Positions 59,849 through 64,000 of a DNA stretch of 64,000 bases are shown here, one piece after another. The stretch spans positions 2,758-66,757 of the forward strand of contig JAHDBM010000011.1 of the NCBI GenBank assembly GCA_020630395.1. Direction: 5' to 3'. The notes under the pieces are model-generated. The model was not told the origin of the DNA and made no database searches. It saw only the letters and a list, made by a program, of their open reading frames with translations. Numbering within the stretch: the stretch's first letter is position 1; each line of letters begins with the position of its first letter. Position numbers and translations under genes: made by a program. Source of the DNA: Flavobacteriales bacterium (GTDB lineage Bacteria; Bacteroidota; Bacteroidia; Flavobacteriales_D; CAJJDF01).

Positions 59849-61420
59849 TTATCTAAAAATGGTTACCGGAAACTGATTTGTTACTTCTGTATTAGCATAA
59901 AAACCTTCTAACATCACATAATATGTACCTTGATTTAATTGATCTCCGTCAAAATCAGTGCCGTCCCATCTAAATTCAGGATCATCAGATTCATACACTT
60001 GAATACCCCATCTGTTGTATATTTTTACATTTAAAACATCATAGCATCTATCATATTTTCCAATTAAATTATATTCATCATTATCACCATCACCATTTGG
60101 TGAAAATACATTTGGAACTGTAGCTAAATCTGTTGGTCTATTAATGATAATCTTAACCTCTTCAGTAATCGTATCAGCTAATCCATCACAACCATCAGCA
60201 ATAGCTACTAAATTTAAATTAAATTCATCTGGTACTAAAACTTCGCACTCATTGGGTGTCCAACAAAATCTAGCTCCAACAAAGCCAGTCCCACTAAAAT
60301 TATTGGGATCTAATTGTGTAACATTAAATGTCTCATTCACTGAAGATCCAGTTGTTGCATCTATATAATTAAATGTATAATCGCCACCTGCATTTTGAGT
60401 TGGCAAATTATTTTGTGAACCAAAAACTGCTGCATTGCTTGTTAATTCTATTCTTATTGGATCATTAGGATTAGGATCTAATGCTACAATATCAAAACAT
60501 CCTAATGCATCAAATTCTAACACTTGAGTTCTTTCAAAATTCGCAAATTCTGGAGATTCATCATATACACAGTTTAAGGATTCCCACTGATAATCATTAA
60601 TCATCTCACCTATTTTAACTCCATTTCTAAACTCTTCAACTTTTATAGAAAAATTATACACCCCTAATGTACTTGATCTAGCTGTTAATATTCCTGTTAC
60701 AGGATCAATACTCATCATACTTCCTGGACCAAGTATACTTGCTAAATTATGAACTGGGGTACCTTCCCATGGAACATTATCAAAAGGATATGATAAACTA
60801 GTCCAGTTGAGAGGAGTAACTAAAGAAAATCTTAAATCATCTCCATCTATATCGGTAACACCAAAATCAAACACTTTTACATTTCCTACACAAAAATATG
60901 CATCTGTTGGGTATGGAGCCCATTTAGGTGAACTATTACCACCAGCTATAGCTGGATCTGGAATATATATGTAATATAAACTTCCTTGAGATTCTGGATC
61001 AAAAATATTATCCACTATTCTATTTCTACAACATAATCCATAAGTTAAGTAATATCCGTTAGCATTATTCGCTAATGTTATAGTATCAATAAAATAATAT
61101 TCTTCTACACATAGGTTTGGTGTGTAACATGGATCTCCTAGTGCTAAACGATTAATCGTTACATTATTTGATATATCAATAGTTGCAATTTGAACCTGTG
61201 GAGATGCATTCGTATCACCATCCCAAACTCCTACAGAAGATGGAGCAAATGTCGCAGACGGATTTCCATTTATACAATCTCTATACCCCCATAGCTCAAT
61301 AATAAATGTATTACTCCCTATCTGTGTAAATTCAAATTTACCTCCCATTACATGGGTTGCAAATGAATTGTTATAGCAAAATAACATGATTAAGATCGAA
61401 AGTTTTATTAGCGTTTTCAT
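59849..61420 (-). CDS. Surface protein with T9SS type B CTD
   Basis: ATHVMGG, YRDC, CCRN, NSSP, DIDGDDL; VPNVFSPNGDGDND...IYNRWG. Confidence 0.88.
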   Translation of the reverse strand: MKTLIKLSILIMLFCYNNSFATHVMGGKFEFTQIGSNTFIIELWGYRDCINGNPSATFAPSSVGVWDGDTNASPQVQIATIDISNNVTINRLALGDPCYTPNLCVEEYYFIDTITLANNANGYYLTYGLCCRNRIVDNIFDPESQGSLYYIYIPDPAIAGGNSSPKWAPYPTDAYFCVGNVKVFDFGVTDIDGDDLRFSLVTPLNWTSLSYPFDNVPWEGTPVHNLASILGPGSMMSIDPVTGILTARSSTLGVYNFSIKVEEFRNGVKIGEMINDYQWESLNCVYDESPEFANFERTQVLEFDALGCFDIVALDPNPNDPIRIELTSNAAVFGSQNNLPTQNAGGDYTFNYIDATTGSSVNETFNVTQLDPNNFSGTGFVGARFCWTPNECEVLVPDEFNLNLVAIADGCDGLADTITEEVKIIINRPTDLATVPNVFSPNGDGDNDEYNLIGKYDRCYDVLNVKIYNRWGIQVYESDDPEFRWDGTDFDGDQLNQGTYYVMLEGFYANTEVTNQFPVTIFR

Positions 61421-61607
61421 AATTTAAAGTTTTAGATTTCCTACACTTCAAATTACGTAAATGAAGAACTAATAAGTTGGTGAGAATTCACCAGGTGTAA
61501 AACTTTGTATCATGAATATCATCTTTTTTTTCATAAAGCATGAAATCAGCTAAAATTTGAGGTCATAACCACTTAAAATCAACACATAATCTATTATTTT
61601 AAAATAA

Positions 61608-63281
<1,674 letters not shown>

Positions 63282-63285
63282 ATTT

Positions 63286-63726
63286 ATGAATGCTAGTGCT
63301 GAAAAAGTATATGAACTAAATGGCTATTTAAAATCTTTAGAATGTATGGGAAATTATTCTTTTGAATTTTTCCAACTTAATTCATCAGATACGCTATCTA
63401 CTGAATCTTCTTATTCAAAACAAACTGATTTACAAGAAATTGCTAACAAGTTTAATCTCTGGCTATTAAATAGTTTACATGACTACTTTAGTGATGATTT
63501 TAATTACACTCCAGTTCTGGAACAACATCATTGGAAAAACAAACATGGATATGAGGTTAAAAAAAAAATAATACAAGATAAATGGTGTGATATTCTTGAT
63601 ATACTGGTAAATGAAATTATTGATAAAAACAACTATAAGATAGTTACAACTATAGGGAGATCTGTAATATCTGACACTTATCTAATAATAGCTGATAGTT
63701 GTAATTACGTATTAAGTTTAGGATAG
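63286..63726 (+). CDS. Hypothetical protein
   Basis: 146-aa ORF tightly packed after pyrG; no motif recognised. Confidence 0.55.
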   Translation: MNASAEKVYELNGYLKSLECMGNYSFEFFQLNSSDTLSTESSYSKQTDLQEIANKFNLWLLNSLHDYFSDDFNYTPVLEQHHWKNKHGYEVKKKIIQDKWCDILDILVNEIIDKNNYKIVTTIGRSVISDTYLIIADSCNYVLSLG

Positions 63727-63747
63727 GATGATTAATAAATTGATGTA

Positions 63748-64000
63748 ATGAATTTCAAAAAAATAACCAAAGAGAATATTGATTTCTTTTTCAAAATCCT
63801 AAATAAAGAATATGTCATTACTGATAATGATTCTAGAGTCTCATTTGGTCATGACGAAACCGAAGATTTAAGTTTTCCTCCAGAAGTAGTTCTTCTACCC
63901 CAAAACACTGAACAAGTTAGTGCAATAATGACTTATTGTAATAATATGTCAATTCCTGTTACTCCAATTGGAGCACAAACAGGGTTAAGTGGAGGAGCAT
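63748..64000 (+). CDS. FAD-linked oxidase (GlcD/D-lactate dehydrogenase-like), 5' part
   Basis: Not in ORF track; MNFKKIT...GHDETEDLSFPPEVVLLP...IPVTPIGAQTGLSGGA. Confidence 0.88.
   Translation, partial: MNFKKITKENIDFFFKILNKEYVITDNDSRVSFGHDETEDLSFPPEVVLLPQNTEQVSAIMTYCNNMSIPVTPIGAQTGLSGGA

Noticed and set aside
61478-61493. TGGTGAGAATTCACCA inverted repeat in the divergent region before pyrG
   Set aside because: Single short palindrome with no supporting context; cannot assign regulator or target
63286-63726. Toxin/immunity or mobile cargo after pyrG
   Set aside because: No motif, partner gene or flanking repeat seen; left as hypothetical

Overview
AT-rich chromosomal segment of a Bacteroidota bacterium, most likely Flavobacteriales, judged from T9SS C-terminal sorting domains, TAnnTTTG promoter elements and gene content. 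Core genes: 5' part of dnaA, split 5'-nucleotidase, fused E1 alpha/beta dehydrogenase, yaaA, thrS-infC-rpmI-rplT, ffh-folD-tag-rnz, S46 peptidase, ppk1, trkAH, mrdA-rodA, a GH3/serine-hydrolase fusion, recR, lhgO, pyrG and the start of an FAD-linked oxidase. Seven T9SS-secreted proteins and several orphan lipoproteins/outer-membrane proteins are interspersed. No rRNA, tRNA, CRISPR array or transposase was recognised. The two best candidate systems are (1) a four-gene run of GshB-like ATP-grasp ligase, N-formylglutamate-amidohydrolase/QEGLA (DUF1704) metallopeptidase fusion, bshC and a DinB-family protein, and (2) a thioesterase, TetR regulator and two phasin-like paralogs, one with a histone-H1-like tail, resembling PhaD/PhaF/PhaI with no synthase nearby. 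Smaller signals: an unlisted 58-aa GldL-like membrane protein, an AUA start for infC, a sigma54-type promoter, REP-like repeats and an 8-bp-period inverted repeat array. All calls come from reading motifs by eye; no searches were run.
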